64,000 nt of DNA from an uncultured Nitrososphaeraceae archaeon (GCA_963729045.1 CAVSMN010000020.1:128001-192000); one strand, 5' to 3'; shown: positions 1 to 11,158, counted from the first letter of the stretch. Notes: generated from the letters alone by a model not told the origin. Translations and numbers: made by a program.

Positions 1-118
1 AAAATAGCAGAAATTTAACAATAATTGGAATAAAACTAGACCAATTGAACTTCAAAAAATACATAATTGAATAATGAAAGATTTTTAGATTGAGAAATAT
101 TATCAATAGTCCATCAGA

Positions 119-847
119 TTGACTATAGAAATATCAAATGTAATAACGGTCATTGCAATTACTGCGTTTGCAGGATGTACATCCTTTGTAGGTGCTCTGA
201 TATCTCACAAGGTACAACTTTCAGAATCAAAAATACTAACATTAACTGCATTTGGTGCTGGATTACTCATGTCTGCAGCGATTTTTCAAATGGTTTTAGA
301 AGCAGAAAAAGATATAGGATTGGTTTTAACCATGATTGCATTTGCTTTGGGAGCAGTAATATTCACTGTTGCAGATTATATTGCTGAAAAGAAGGGTGGG
401 GGTGCAGGCATATTACTAGGAATAGGATTAGATTCGATTCCTGAGTCTCTAGCAATTGGTGCATCGATAGCCGCATCAGCAGCAGGACCAATAACTGCTT
501 TAGCTGTTATCATAGGGATACAAAATATTCCTGAAGGAATTGCATCATATAAAGAAATGATGACAGGAAAGACCGCTTTTAATAATAATCCAAAGAAAGC
601 GTTAGGTGCGATTGGCATAGTATCCATAATACCCATAATCTTAGGACTTGTAGGCCTATTCTATCTTCAGGGGATGCAATTTATTATATCCATAATTCTT
701 GCTCTATCGGCAGGTGGTATATTTTACATGCTATATTATGATATGATACCAAAGGCACATAAAGAACGGAAATGGATACCAACATTTGGTGCCATATTGG
801 GGTTCATACTAGGTTTCATAATCATAAGGATTTCTGGTGGACAATAA
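119..847 (+). CDS. ZIP family (ZupT/GufA-like) divalent metal transporter
   Basis: Multiple TM helices; motifs FGAGLLMSAA, LDSIPESLAIG, IQNIPEGIA, LSAGGIFY typical of ZIP family. Confidence 0.85.
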   Translation: MTIEISNVITVIAITAFAGCTSFVGALISHKVQLSESKILTLTAFGAGLLMSAAIFQMVLEAEKDIGLVLTMIAFALGAVIFTVADYIAEKKGGGAGILLGIGLDSIPESLAIGASIAASAAGPITALAVIIGIQNIPEGIASYKEMMTGKTAFNNNPKKALGAIGIVSIIPIILGLVGLFYLQGMQFIISIILALSAGGIFYMLYYDMIPKAHKERKWIPTFGAILGFILGFIIIRISGGQ

Positions 848-927
848 TCATGATCATCCAAGTGTTTCACCTTTGTAGTATGATTACCCATTAGGACCAA
901 GGTTTTGTCAATATACCATATCAATAG

Positions 928-3282
928 CTAGATTATTTTTTTTACAATCAAATGAAGTGTTCCTGCACGTCGATACAATTCACCAATAATATGGAAAGTA
1001 TTACCTTTTTTTAATATCGCCCTAGGACCAAAGTAATCCTGGGGTTCCAAAGAAGCATACCACTTTTCATTTACGATTACAATTGCTTTACCCATTACAA
1101 TCTTTTCAACGGATACAGAATATTTACTTCCAGATAGAAACTTGATAGATTCGATTAATGCAATTGAATTCTTATTTACCCATATAATTCTCTTCATTTT
1201 GGTTAGGTTTTCAATCGCCTTTCTAATAATCTCATGATCAATGCCTATTACCTCATTTAGATATGAAACTTCTAGTCCACTTTTCCCAGCTTTTCCGAGT
1301 AAGTCATGTATTTGTCTTTGAACTCGCTCGACTAATTTCTTTCTATCCAAATTCAATGAGACTTCATAAAGATCTTCCAAGTTTTTTTTTGTAAAAGGTG
1401 CAGATAGTTCTGAATCATTGGAGCTACTATGACGGTAGGATAGTTTCTTGACAAGGCTTTTAATCTTCTTATTGGAATTTGAAGAAATAGAATCCAAAAT
1501 AGGATTAATATTTTCGTTGTAATTATCTTCATTTACAAATTCAGAATATTTTTTAGATTTATCGTAGAGAAAAGAGAGTTCAGATTCAAGCATTTTGTCT
1601 GGATTTTTGAAAGTTCTCTTGTCATGTTTCTCAAAAGTAAAATTTGAATTCTGAAGACTTGATTTCATCCGATTAACTTTTCTTTTAGAGATCTCCAAAT
1701 ATTTTGTATCGATAGAATTTTCAGAAATTAGAATGACCACCTTTCCATTGGAAAATCTGCCCGTCCTTCCCTTCCTTTGTATAAACCTAATTTCGCTTGG
1801 TACAGGTTCATAAAATAGTACAAGATCAACATTGGGGATGTTAAGACCTTCCTCTGCAACTGACGTAGCAACAAGTACCGGGAATTTTCCCAGCCTAAAA
1901 TCACCAAGAATAGACAATTGTTTATCCTGACTGAGGCCTTTCTGTCCATTTTTATTTGATTGCCCGTAAAATCCTTGACAAGGTATACCATTGTAATTTA
2001 GAAAGTTTGTGATTTCTTCAAGCGTATCACGATATTGAGAAAAAATCAAAATCTTTTTTTGATAATTAGTAGGTATCAGTTGGTCTTCGCAGCCTTTGTA
2101 ATCCGAATTACCCTGTTTGGTAATAACATCATCAGTATCCCTAGATGAATTACTGGATATTTTTATGTCTTCTCTTAAATCAAGAAACTGACTAACTATC
2201 GATAACACCTTGATTAATTTAGGTGGAGGTTCATTATTATGATCCTTTAATATTTCGAATATTGCTTTTATTCGTGAATCCAAAAATAGTTCCTGATAAG
2301 TTTTACTTTCGGAGTTATCTTTAGCATTGTCTAAGAATTTTTTGAGAGCAAAACTGCCTTGAGATTCAACTAAATCACGACAGTATAACAAGATCAAAGA
2401 TAAAGATTGAAACTTCAAAGCAGTAAGTAAGAAAAAATTCATATTTTTTGGATCTAGTTTGGATTTTATATAGTCTCCAAGTGACAAGAGATCCTTTCTA
2501 TATACACTTTCAACCTTCCTCTTTCTTATGAATCGGTTATTGATTAGCCAGATGATTTTATCATTAATCAAAGAATTCAAGAGGGCTGAGAGATCCTTAT
2601 GATAATCATTCATTTCGATGGAGTAATGCTCTATGTTAGTATCAAAAACATATGGTAACACATCATCATCTCGTTCAGATTTGGCAATGATTTGCTCTAT
2701 AAATAGATTTGAACAAATCTCTTTGATTTTTTCTTCTTTTGCTCCGGGGCTAGCAGATAACCCTAGGACTAGTGGATGTTTACCATGATCAGAATTATCG
2801 TAAAATCGTTTAGAAATGGATGTATAACTATAGTCCTTAACAGCTCGTTGGGCTTCATCAAATATAATTAAGTAAAATTCATCTTTTTTAATTATACCAT
2901 CTCGGATATCATTCTTTACCAACTCGGGTGTAGCAAAGTACACCCTAAACGAAGAGGATTTCCACATTGTTTTTCTAATTTCTGGTCCTATCTTTCCTGT
3001 TAAGGCAATGCATTGGTCTGAAAGAAAGGTATTCTTTTTGAACAATTCAAAATGTTGAAACACCAAAGGGCGAGTAGGAGCAAGAATTAGAATCTTTGAT
3101 TTTTTCCAGTTAAGTAAAATGTCAAGACTAACTAATAAAGCAACAATTGTTTTTCCTAAAGATGTAGGGATCACAACTAATGAATTCTTATATAACGCCC
3201 TATTTACAATGTCCTCCTGGTATTGTCTATATTTAATAATTTCATCCCTTAATAGAGGATGAGCAAAATAGTTCTTGACCAA
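928..3282 (-). CDS. Hef/FANCM(Mph1)-like SF2 helicase without ERCC4 nuclease domain; C-terminal wHTH-like and OB-like segments
   Basis: YRQYQ, PTSLGKT, LAPTRPLVFQH, FDEAQRA, GLSASPG, VATSVAEEGLNIP, YEPVPSEIRFIQRKGRTGR; no ERKxxxD nuclease motif seen. Confidence 0.85.
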   Translation of the reverse strand: MVKNYFAHPLLRDEIIKYRQYQEDIVNRALYKNSLVVIPTSLGKTIVALLVSLDILLNWKKSKILILAPTRPLVFQHFELFKKNTFLSDQCIALTGKIGPEIRKTMWKSSSFRVYFATPELVKNDIRDGIIKKDEFYLIIFDEAQRAVKDYSYTSISKRFYDNSDHGKHPLVLGLSASPGAKEEKIKEICSNLFIEQIIAKSERDDDVLPYVFDTNIEHYSIEMNDYHKDLSALLNSLINDKIIWLINNRFIRKRKVESVYRKDLLSLGDYIKSKLDPKNMNFFLLTALKFQSLSLILLYCRDLVESQGSFALKKFLDNAKDNSESKTYQELFLDSRIKAIFEILKDHNNEPPPKLIKVLSIVSQFLDLREDIKISSNSSRDTDDVITKQGNSDYKGCEDQLIPTNYQKKILIFSQYRDTLEEITNFLNYNGIPCQGFYGQSNKNGQKGLSQDKQLSILGDFRLGKFPVLVATSVAEEGLNIPNVDLVLFYEPVPSEIRFIQRKGRTGRFSNGKVVILISENSIDTKYLEISKRKVNRMKSSLQNSNFTFEKHDKRTFKNPDKMLESELSFLYDKSKKYSEFVNEDNYNENINPILDSISSNSNKKIKSLVKKLSYRHSSSNDSELSAPFTKKNLEDLYEVSLNLDRKKLVERVQRQIHDLLGKAGKSGLEVSYLNEVIGIDHEIIRKAIENLTKMKRIIWVNKNSIALIESIKFLSGSKYSVSVEKIVMGKAIVIVNEKWYASLEPQDYFGPRAILKKGNTFHIIGELYRRAGTLHLIVKKII

Positions 3283-3345
3283 AGTTAGATTATGAAATAT
3301 CAGAGAAGGCTAGTAATGGTGGTATAGGACTGAACTTATCAATAT

Positions 3346-3675
3346 TCAGATCTCAAATACCTCATTTGATTCACTCTTTACCATGGTTTTCCTTTCAGGG
3401 TTAACACTGTCAATAGATTGTGCTAATTGTAAAACCTTAGAATTACTAATTAATTCCAAGATGGAATTTAGTTCTTCTAGTGATTTGATTACAATCCCTC
3501 TTTTTTTACTGGGAGTGCCATTTGAATTGAGTGGATTAATTTCTATTGCTATCGATGCTGGTCTGCCACGATATTCAGGAAGTTTAAATAAAAAAACGCC
3601 GGCTATGTTGGTAGGTTTTCTTTCCCAATCTTTACCTTCTTTTAAAAATTGTGATAATCTTTCGTCACCTGACAT
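3346..3675 (-). CDS. Conserved archaeal hypothetical protein, 109 aa
   Basis: Clean ORF co-oriented with the helicase; globular composition (GKDWERKPT, IEINP, KKRG). Confidence 0.75.
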   Translation of the reverse strand: MSGDERLSQFLKEGKDWERKPTNIAGVFLFKLPEYRGRPASIAIEINPLNSNGTPSKKRGIVIKSLEELNSILELISNSKVLQLAQSIDSVNPERKTMVKSESNEVFEI

Positions 3676-3938
3676 TTATGCAATCAATAATTATTTCATT
3701 CACTATCCTTTTAATTTTATCTATTTACTCATTAATTGGAATAATATACCAAAAGTTTTTAATATATAAGACGGATGGATGGAGCAGAATGAATTGTCAT
3801 GGTAATTCAAATGTTAGAAAAAGACATTGAAATAGGATGAGACCAATGATATAAACGCAGAAAATCTAGCGTTATTGGGAACTGAAAATAGATTTAAATA
3901 AAAAAACCTCTTGATATATCACATATAAAAAAAATGCT

Positions 3939-5330
3939 GTGACTGAGCTAATATATGATAAGGGCACTATTCTATTAAATGGCGATTTTCATACCCCATA
4001 TTCAGTATTTGACCCCAGAATCAATAGATATCGGGCCCTAGGTATCTACTATCCGGAAATAATTCACTATTTCAGAAGAAATAAAATTGATTACATGGAT
4101 AAAGTACGAGATTACATCATTCCGCTCAATAGGAACCAATTCAAAATAACTAATGAATTAAGGGACTATCAAAAAGAAGCTTGGAAAAGATGGATAACAC
4201 ATAATATGAAAGGGTGTATAATTCTACCAACGGGTGCAGGCAAAACAATAATTGCATTACATGCAATATTGAAAACAAATACCTCAACTCTTGTAATAGT
4301 TCCTACATTAAATTTAATGGAACAATGGTTTGAAGCCATGGAAAATATCATAAAAGTGAAGAACCAGATAGGCAAGCTTGGAGGTGGCAATGAAGACATA
4401 AAAAGTATTACAATTACAACATATGACTCAGCATACCTAAAATCATCATATCTAGGAAACAAATTTGAATTCTTAATATTCGATGAAGTACATCACCTGG
4501 CTTCTGATAAATATTCGTTAATTGGAGAACAATTTATTTCTCCTTACCGATTAGGTTTAACAGCAACAATAGAGCGAGAAGATGGCAAACATGTGAATAT
4601 TTACAAATTAGTAGGAAAGATAGTGTTCAGTAAAGATTTTTATGAACTATCTCAAGATAACCATCTAGCCAAATTTAGATTGAAAAAAATTAAGGTAGAG
4701 ATGTTACCAGACGAAATTTTACGATATAAACGAAGAATTTTTCAATATAACCAATTGTTAAAAGAAGCAAAAATCTTCTATCCCATTAGACTAGAAAGAT
4801 TAATTATCCTATCTGCTAACAATAGCAATCTTAGAAAGGCTTTACTTCTGAGAAATGAAGCTGTAGATATAGCCCTAAATAGCTATGCAAAAATTGTAGA
4901 ATTAGAAAAGATATTAAAACGCCATACTACAGAGAAAACAATAATTTTTACGGTTCATACTAAACTGGCCTATATTATTTCAGACAGATTTTTGATTCCT
5001 GTCATAACACATAGAACAAAGAATGAAGAAAGGAATGAAATCTTAGAAAAATTCAAGAAAGGATTATACAGAATTATAGTCACCACCAAGGTTTTGGACG
5101 AGGGAACAGATGTACCTGATGCCAACATGGGGATAATATTAAGTGGCACAGGAAGCAAAAGGGAATTTGTTCAAAGACTAGGAAGATTACTCAGACCTAA
5201 AAAGGATGTTGAAAACGTAGCTAATCTTATTGAAATAATTTCATCCGATACGAGTGAAATCTTTACTAGCAACAGAAGAAACAAAGGGATAAGCAATAAA
5301 AAGCAATTAATAGATAAATCAGATCAATGA
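3939..5330 (+). CDS. xpb: XPB/Rad25-like DNA repair helicase
   Basis: LRDYQKEA, LPTGAGKT, FDEVHH, LGLTATIERED (RED motif), VLDEGTDVP, FVQRLGRLLR. Confidence 0.9.
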   Translation: MTELIYDKGTILLNGDFHTPYSVFDPRINRYRALGIYYPEIIHYFRRNKIDYMDKVRDYIIPLNRNQFKITNELRDYQKEAWKRWITHNMKGCIILPTGAGKTIIALHAILKTNTSTLVIVPTLNLMEQWFEAMENIIKVKNQIGKLGGGNEDIKSITITTYDSAYLKSSYLGNKFEFLIFDEVHHLASDKYSLIGEQFISPYRLGLTATIEREDGKHVNIYKLVGKIVFSKDFYELSQDNHLAKFRLKKIKVEMLPDEILRYKRRIFQYNQLLKEAKIFYPIRLERLIILSANNSNLRKALLLRNEAVDIALNSYAKIVELEKILKRHTTEKTIIFTVHTKLAYIISDRFLIPVITHRTKNEERNEILEKFKKGLYRIIVTTKVLDEGTDVPDANMGIILSGTGSKREFVQRLGRLLRPKKDVENVANLIEIISSDTSEIFTSNRRNKGISNKKQLIDKSDQ

Positions 5331-5396
5331 GTACTAAATGACAATATCATCTATTATTCCGAGTCTGATGATCAGAAAATGGTTAGTGAATAAGAA

Positions 5397-7395
5397 ATGA
5401 TATCTTCAGATTTACTCAGATGTAAATTGGATAATAAAAGTTATAAAATATATCCCATTTTATGTTCTCTGGAACAGAACTCTAAAGACGTCGAGATAGC
5501 TAAACAAGTCATACAAGTTTTTGAATATTCCTATCAACATAGCGTTATAAAAGAAAAGTTGAGTCAGTCTCTTAAGGGTCTGGAGCAAACTTATAAAGAC
5601 TATAAGCTCATTAGAGGATTAGCCGCGGTTTTAGAAAAAAGATGTACATTTAAATCCATATCGCAAGTTCACTCAAAAGACCCTCATCATAACGAGTCAA
5701 AACAGCCAATCGAAATTTTAGAAAATTTCACTGCAATGGATATTAGAAGAAGCGTTTTTGATGAATCAGCCAGACAGAATATCGCCGTAAGTGAGCAAAC
5801 AAGGAAATCAATTCTTGAGAAAATATCTAATAAACTAGGAATATCCAATGAGATGTTGTCAAAAGTGATGTGGTCTGATCTTGATGAAAACATGATAATG
5901 GGTACATTTGTACCAATCAGTGTCGAGAAGTTACTGCTTTCTTATAATGTATCGTTGATTCAAACTTTACTTTTTAGTTGCCTAAAAATTAGAATAGGTT
6001 TAGGGTCGAACCTAAATCTAGGAACTCGATGGAAAGAAGTACTCAGAGAAGTAAAAAGACTCGGTCTAATGTACTGGTTAGATGTGGTAGATGAAACAAC
6101 CCAGGATTCTAAAGAAAATACGATAATTTGTTCCATTGAAGGTGCTTTAAATGTAATAAAATTGACTGATAGATACGGTAGCGCGATATCAAAAATAATA
6201 CCCACCATTATGAAATCAGAAAGATGGCACCTACAGGCAGATATTCTCAGGGTAACAAATAGTGGAAAGAAACTAGTTTACGAATTTGAAATTTCTGAAA
6301 AATCCTATCCAAATTCATTTCCTTCAGATAAAATGATTAAAATGCACTTAGAAAATCCCTTTTATCAGGACAATGAATCAAAGAAAGATCCTTTTCCAAT
6401 GAACAAGAAATCTCATGATGAATATAATTCCAAAGATAGAAAGGATTTAAACATGCAAGAAATCAATATCGAGAATTTCATAGATAATTCTAATGTGCCA
6501 ATGCTTTTTGATAGCAAAATAGAAAAGATATTCTTACAAAAATTTGAACTATTTAAAACAGGATGGACTATAGAGCGAGAACCGGAACCTATGATAACAA
6601 AACAAAAAACTGCTTTTATACCAGATTTTGTCTTGTCAAAATTTGACAATAGTGTATTTGTTGAGATTATTGGTTTCTGGACAAAAGAATACCTAGAAAG
6701 GAAAATAACTAAAATATTTGAAATAGTACAAAACAAGACTCATGATGAAAAATTTTTCATGATCCTTGTGATCAATCTTGAAAATTTGATGTCATATGAA
6801 TTAAATGAAGAAGATAAGATAACTCATATTAAAAATAATAGGAATGTGTTAATAACCTCGTACAAGAACGATAAGATTTCATTCAAAGAGATACTAAAAT
6901 ATATTAAAGATATTGAAAACATTTACATAAGTCGTAATGTTCTCAACACACAGAATCAGAATAAGATCATTCAAAATATGATTGGACTGGTAGAAGAATT
7001 TAGAATATCTGAATATAAATTATTTGTATTTAGGTGACCTAGATGAAATGTTGAAGAAATATTGCACTACTGGTGATGCATTCTTAAAAGTGAGCCTTAA
7101 GGAGTTGATAGATAAGAATAATGATTTCAAGTTTATATTTGAAAGTGAGTTATCCAAAAAACGACTACTAATGATTGATGATTATATTCTCAAAACGCAG
7201 TTTATTGAAGAGATTTGGAAAGATATAAAAAATGTCATTAATTTGGGCGAAGCATGTAAGATTTTAGATTCCAAAAAAATACCCGAAAAAATACATATTA
7301 ATCTACTCACGTCGCTTGGATTCCATATCGAGTGGAATGGTCTTGACTATTCGAAAGCCAAAATGACATTGAAAAGCAGTGATTTACCCAAATAG
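5397..7395 (+). CDS. bax1: Bax1/DUF790 family endonuclease; C-terminal part (7024-7395) probably joined by a +1 frameshift near 7017-7020
   Basis: WSDLDEN, YNVSLIQTLLF, RLGLMY, FDSKIEKIF, GWTIEREPEP, FIPDF, VEIIGFWTKEYLERK; directly downstream of xpb; ORFs 5397-7037 and 7024-7395 overlap. Confidence 0.8.
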
Positions 7396-7618
7396 CGAAT
7401 TATTTTTGAAATAAAACAAATATATTTTTAAAGAATTACAAAATAGCCTCAGAGGAGATCATATATCTTAATTGGATTGAGGCATTTTATTCAAAAAAAC
7501 TAATAGATGTGATAACATGTGTTCATAAAAGTAAACAGATTTAAAATAAGAAGATCATATATTGTATTTGAAGAGTGCGGAGAAAAGGGATTTGCAGCTA
7601 TCTAATAATTCAAAAATA

Positions 7619-7963
7619 ATGGGTAAAAAGAATAACATTGAAAAAGTCGAAGTAGTGCCAAAAAAGGACAAATGGTTAAGAAATATTAAGGAAAGCTGGA
7701 GAAATGTTCAGTGTGCTTGTGGAAGCAACTTCCATTTTGATGGCAATATAGACAAACTCTTTGAATGGGAAAGTATCCATCTTCGACATCTTGCATCTGA
7801 TTCTGACAACCATTCAATAATTTCATTTTATCCGACGGACATGATAATATATTATCATTCTAAATCAGGGTATGTGATAGAAAGAAGAAAACATAAAAGT
7901 CATGAAATAAATGAGATTAACCAATCGTTGATGATGGGCAAAGTAACTATGACCGGGGTATAA
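7619..7963 (+). CDS. Hypothetical protein with CxC...HxxH motif
   Basis: ORF 7562-7963; ATG at 7619 (MGKKNN) is the more likely start. Confidence 0.6.
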   Translation: MGKKNNIEKVEVVPKKDKWLRNIKESWRNVQCACGSNFHFDGNIDKLFEWESIHLRHLASDSDNHSIISFYPTDMIIYYHSKSGYVIERRKHKSHEINEINQSLMMGKVTMTGV

Positions 7964-7991
7964 GAATAATACGAGATAGAGGAAAGAGTGT

Positions 7992-9371
7992 CTGACCATA
8001 AATAATAACCATGTTGTAATTATAGGTGCAGGTATTCTAGGAACAACTTTAGCATATGCTATTTCTACTCTATCAAGCTCAAAGGTAACAATAATTGAGC
8101 AGGAAAAAATGGCAGGTTTGCATACAAGTTCGAGGAATACCGGCAAGGTCCATGCACCTTTTATCTACAATCCTGAAAAGAAGAAAATTTGGGCTAAAGC
8201 TGCCTTGTATGGTTATGATTTTTGGAAAAGATATTGTCAAGCAAACAAGATTTTGTTTGTAGAGGATGGAGTAATTGAAGTAGCAAATGATGATAAAGCA
8301 TTGAGGACACTTTCACTACATTTGGAATGGGGAATAAAAAATGGTTTGGATGAAAAGGAGATAATGATGATGGATGAAAAGGAGATATCAATTTTTGAAC
8401 CCAATCTGAAATGTCAGTCAGCGATCTTATGTCATAAAGATGCTTCGGTAAATTACGGCCAAATTACCCAAAGATTAGCAATCCAGATATGCAGTGAAAA
8501 TCATCAAGTATCCTTCATAACGCGATCTAAAGTTCTAAACATTAAAAATAAAAGTAATTCAAGTCCTGAAATTATCCTAGAATATATCAACCTTTTCGAA
8601 AACAAGATAAAAGAAATCAAATGTGATTTCTTGATCAACGCCGCTGGAAGCAATGCGATTAATATTTTAGATATGGCTAAAATAATCCATCAATATAGTG
8701 ATCTTTTTTTCAGAGGTGAATATTGGATAGCACCACCAAAATATAACAAACTCACAAACCATAGTATTTATTCAGTGCCTGAATTCCAACAATATCCATT
8801 TCTGGATCCTCACTGGATAATTAGAGCTAATGGAAATAGAGAAGTAGGACCCAATGCATGTCCGGTTTTTTCACCATATGGCTACAACAAGATCGTTAAC
8901 ATAAAGGAATTTCTTCCCAAAATATACAAACTTATGAATGGAAAAAATAGTAAAATAAAAAGAACGTTATTTAATAGAGAAATGCTCAATTTAATCTACA
9001 AGGAAGGATTAAGTAGCATTTCTAAAAAATATATGATAAATAGAGTTAAAAAATTTCTTCCCATTATAGAAGATAGAGACTTTAAAATTCGTGGGACCGC
9101 TGGAATTCGGTCAAACTTGATAGACAAAGAAGGTAATTTTGTAATGAATCCAATTTTCATGTTAAGAAATAACATGTTGCATATATTAAATTACAATTCT
9201 CCAGGAGCCACAGGTGCATTCCCCATTAGTTATTCAATAATTTTTAAACTTATTCAACTAGGGATTTTAAGAAATGATCGAGTGGATAACCACAAGGATG
9301 CTCAAGTAGCATGTTTTGACCAGAAATTAATTGAAGCTTGTAAGTATGAAATTGATCTTGATTTTACTTGA
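7992..9371 (+). CDS. FAD-dependent oxidoreductase, L-2-hydroxyglutarate oxidase (LhgO)-like
   Basis: In-frame upstream extension encodes HVVIIGAGILG (Rossmann) ahead of the ATG at 8109; HTSSRNTGKVH, FFRGEYW, PFLDPH, GPNA, AGIRS, YNSPGATGA; true start uncertain. Confidence 0.85.
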   Translation: MTINNNHVVIIGAGILGTTLAYAISTLSSSKVTIIEQEKMAGLHTSSRNTGKVHAPFIYNPEKKKIWAKAALYGYDFWKRYCQANKILFVEDGVIEVANDDKALRTLSLHLEWGIKNGLDEKEIMMMDEKEISIFEPNLKCQSAILCHKDASVNYGQITQRLAIQICSENHQVSFITRSKVLNIKNKSNSSPEIILEYINLFENKIKEIKCDFLINAAGSNAINILDMAKIIHQYSDLFFRGEYWIAPPKYNKLTNHSIYSVPEFQQYPFLDPHWIIRANGNREVGPNACPVFSPYGYNKIVNIKEFLPKIYKLMNGKNSKIKRTLFNREMLNLIYKEGLSSISKKYMINRVKKFLPIIEDRDFKIRGTAGIRSNLIDKEGNFVMNPIFMLRNNMLHILNYNSPGATGAFPISYSIIFKLIQLGILRNDRVDNHKDAQVACFDQKLIEACKYEIDLDFT

Positions 9372-9462
9372 TCATAAAATTAATAAACAAAGGATTAAAA
9401 GCTGATAACAGTACTTACATACTTTTGCCACAGGCATAATATAGTATAATATGAAAATAGGA

Positions 9463-9536
9463 GGGATCATAGTCTAGCTTGGTATGATGCCAGCCTCGGG
9501 CGCTGGAGGTCGTCGGTTCAAATCCGGCTGATCCCA
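9463..9536 (+). tRNA. tRNA-Pro(CGG)
   Basis: Cloverleaf GGGATCA/TGATCCC, anticodon arm CCAGC-CT-CGG-GC-GCTGG, T-loop TTCAAAT; CCA not encoded. Confidence 0.95.
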
Positions 9537-9867
9537 TTTTAGAATAATAGATCCACAAATATCATCCAACATGTATTATACAAAAGTAACTCAGACAATA
9601 TGATGTATACACTATCAACAGAAGCCTAAAGATTGTACCAATTCGAATGTAAACTGAAATAAGAATATTACCAATACTACTAAATGATAGCACGAACTTT
9701 AGATTATTTAGTACTACACAGAAAACATTCAAAATATTTTAAAATTAATAAAATTTTACTAATAAATTGCTAATTTTGATTATAGTATTTAGAAAAAATT
9801 TTTACAAAGATAGACTCGCTAGCAAATTTTAAATAGTGTAAGCAAGATACTAGAATAAATTATTAAT

Positions 9868-10956
9868 TTGGACGATGTAGAAGATAGTAAAGAAAATAAA
9901 TCTACTGATGAACTCGCGGACCTCAAGGAAAATCTAATAAAAAGCGGCACTAATACACAGCAATCGCCCAATTTAGTCCAAGAAGGAATCATTGCAGGCA
10001 AAAAAATTGCAAAAACCTCAGTTATAACTTTACTGGCTATAGGTATTGTAGAAATAATCACAGGAATTCTCAGTGGCAGTGTAGTCGCTACCGCTGATGG
10101 TTTAGATTCAATATCAGATGCAGCCATTTCTTTTATAGTATTATTAGGATTAAGGATTGCACATAGACCGGCTGACAAGAAGTTTCATTTTGGGTATCAT
10201 AAAGTTGAAAGTTTTACAGCATTAATTGCTTCAATAGGAATGATAGTGATTGGTATAGTCATATTTTATAATTCCTATCAGGCATTAATTCATCCACATG
10301 AAATAAGGCATGCATATATTGTTATGGCAGTCCTAGCCGGAGCAAGTGCATTATCTCTTCATAGAGCATTTCAAATGCGGATTATAGCTAACAAGTATAA
10401 TTTGCTTTCACTAAAGACAGATGCGAGAAATTCTATAAAAGATGGATCAGCTTCAGTTATCGGTTTCTTTAGTATACTTGTTGCAACACAATTTGGATTT
10501 GAACAAATGGACGGAATAGGTGGAATGATAATAGCGTGTTATATCTTCTCAGTTTCATACTTATCTCTTAAAAAATCATCTTTGATACTCATAGACTCAT
10601 GGCAAAACCCCAAATTAACAGTAGTAATAAAAAACATAATTTCAGAACAATTTAGCGATGAAAAAATAGTTGTAAGAGACGTATTACTTCGCTCTTCGGG
10701 CATGATAGATCAAGCAGAAATACACATAGCAGTTGATGGAAAGGAATCATTAGAAGAAGTCGAAATGCTATCTTTAAAAATACAGTTGGTGATTAGTTCT
10801 CAATTTCCATCCATTGAAAGAGTTTTAGTAATCCCACATCCTTATTCCGCTTCAGAGACGCGAGTAACTTCAAGAATGGATCGGTTCAGGAATATGAAAT
10901 TAAAAAGGCCTTCATATATGAATAGAAATATCAAACAGGATGAAAACACCAAATAA
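9868..10956 (+). CDS. Cation diffusion facilitator (FieF-like) transporter
   Basis: ADGLDSISD, RPADKKFHFGYHKVES, six TM helices, C-terminal dimerisation domain. Confidence 0.9.
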   Translation: MDDVEDSKENKSTDELADLKENLIKSGTNTQQSPNLVQEGIIAGKKIAKTSVITLLAIGIVEIITGILSGSVVATADGLDSISDAAISFIVLLGLRIAHRPADKKFHFGYHKVESFTALIASIGMIVIGIVIFYNSYQALIHPHEIRHAYIVMAVLAGASALSLHRAFQMRIIANKYNLLSLKTDARNSIKDGSASVIGFFSILVATQFGFEQMDGIGGMIIACYIFSVSYLSLKKSSLILIDSWQNPKLTVVIKNIISEQFSDEKIVVRDVLLRSSGMIDQAEIHIAVDGKESLEEVEMLSLKIQLVISSQFPSIERVLVIPHPYSASETRVTSRMDRFRNMKLKRPSYMNRNIKQDENTK

Positions 10957-11158
10957 AATATATCCTGTTGATAATTACAACAATTATTTTTTGATTAAAT
11001 AAGATTCAGGAGTCTGATTCATACTAGAATTCCATGACTGAATGAAATATTCGGTTCTTGATGTATGGAAGAACATAACAGAAAATACATACAAAACATC
11101 TTTAGATTCAATAATTACATAAATGAGTTTATATACTTTTATTAGTAATAAAGATCGG

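Noticed and set aside
5364..5380. CTGATGA-TCA-GAAA resembling a hammerhead ribozyme core between xpb and bax1
   Set aside because: No stem II and no convincing stems I or III; it is simply a short palindrome
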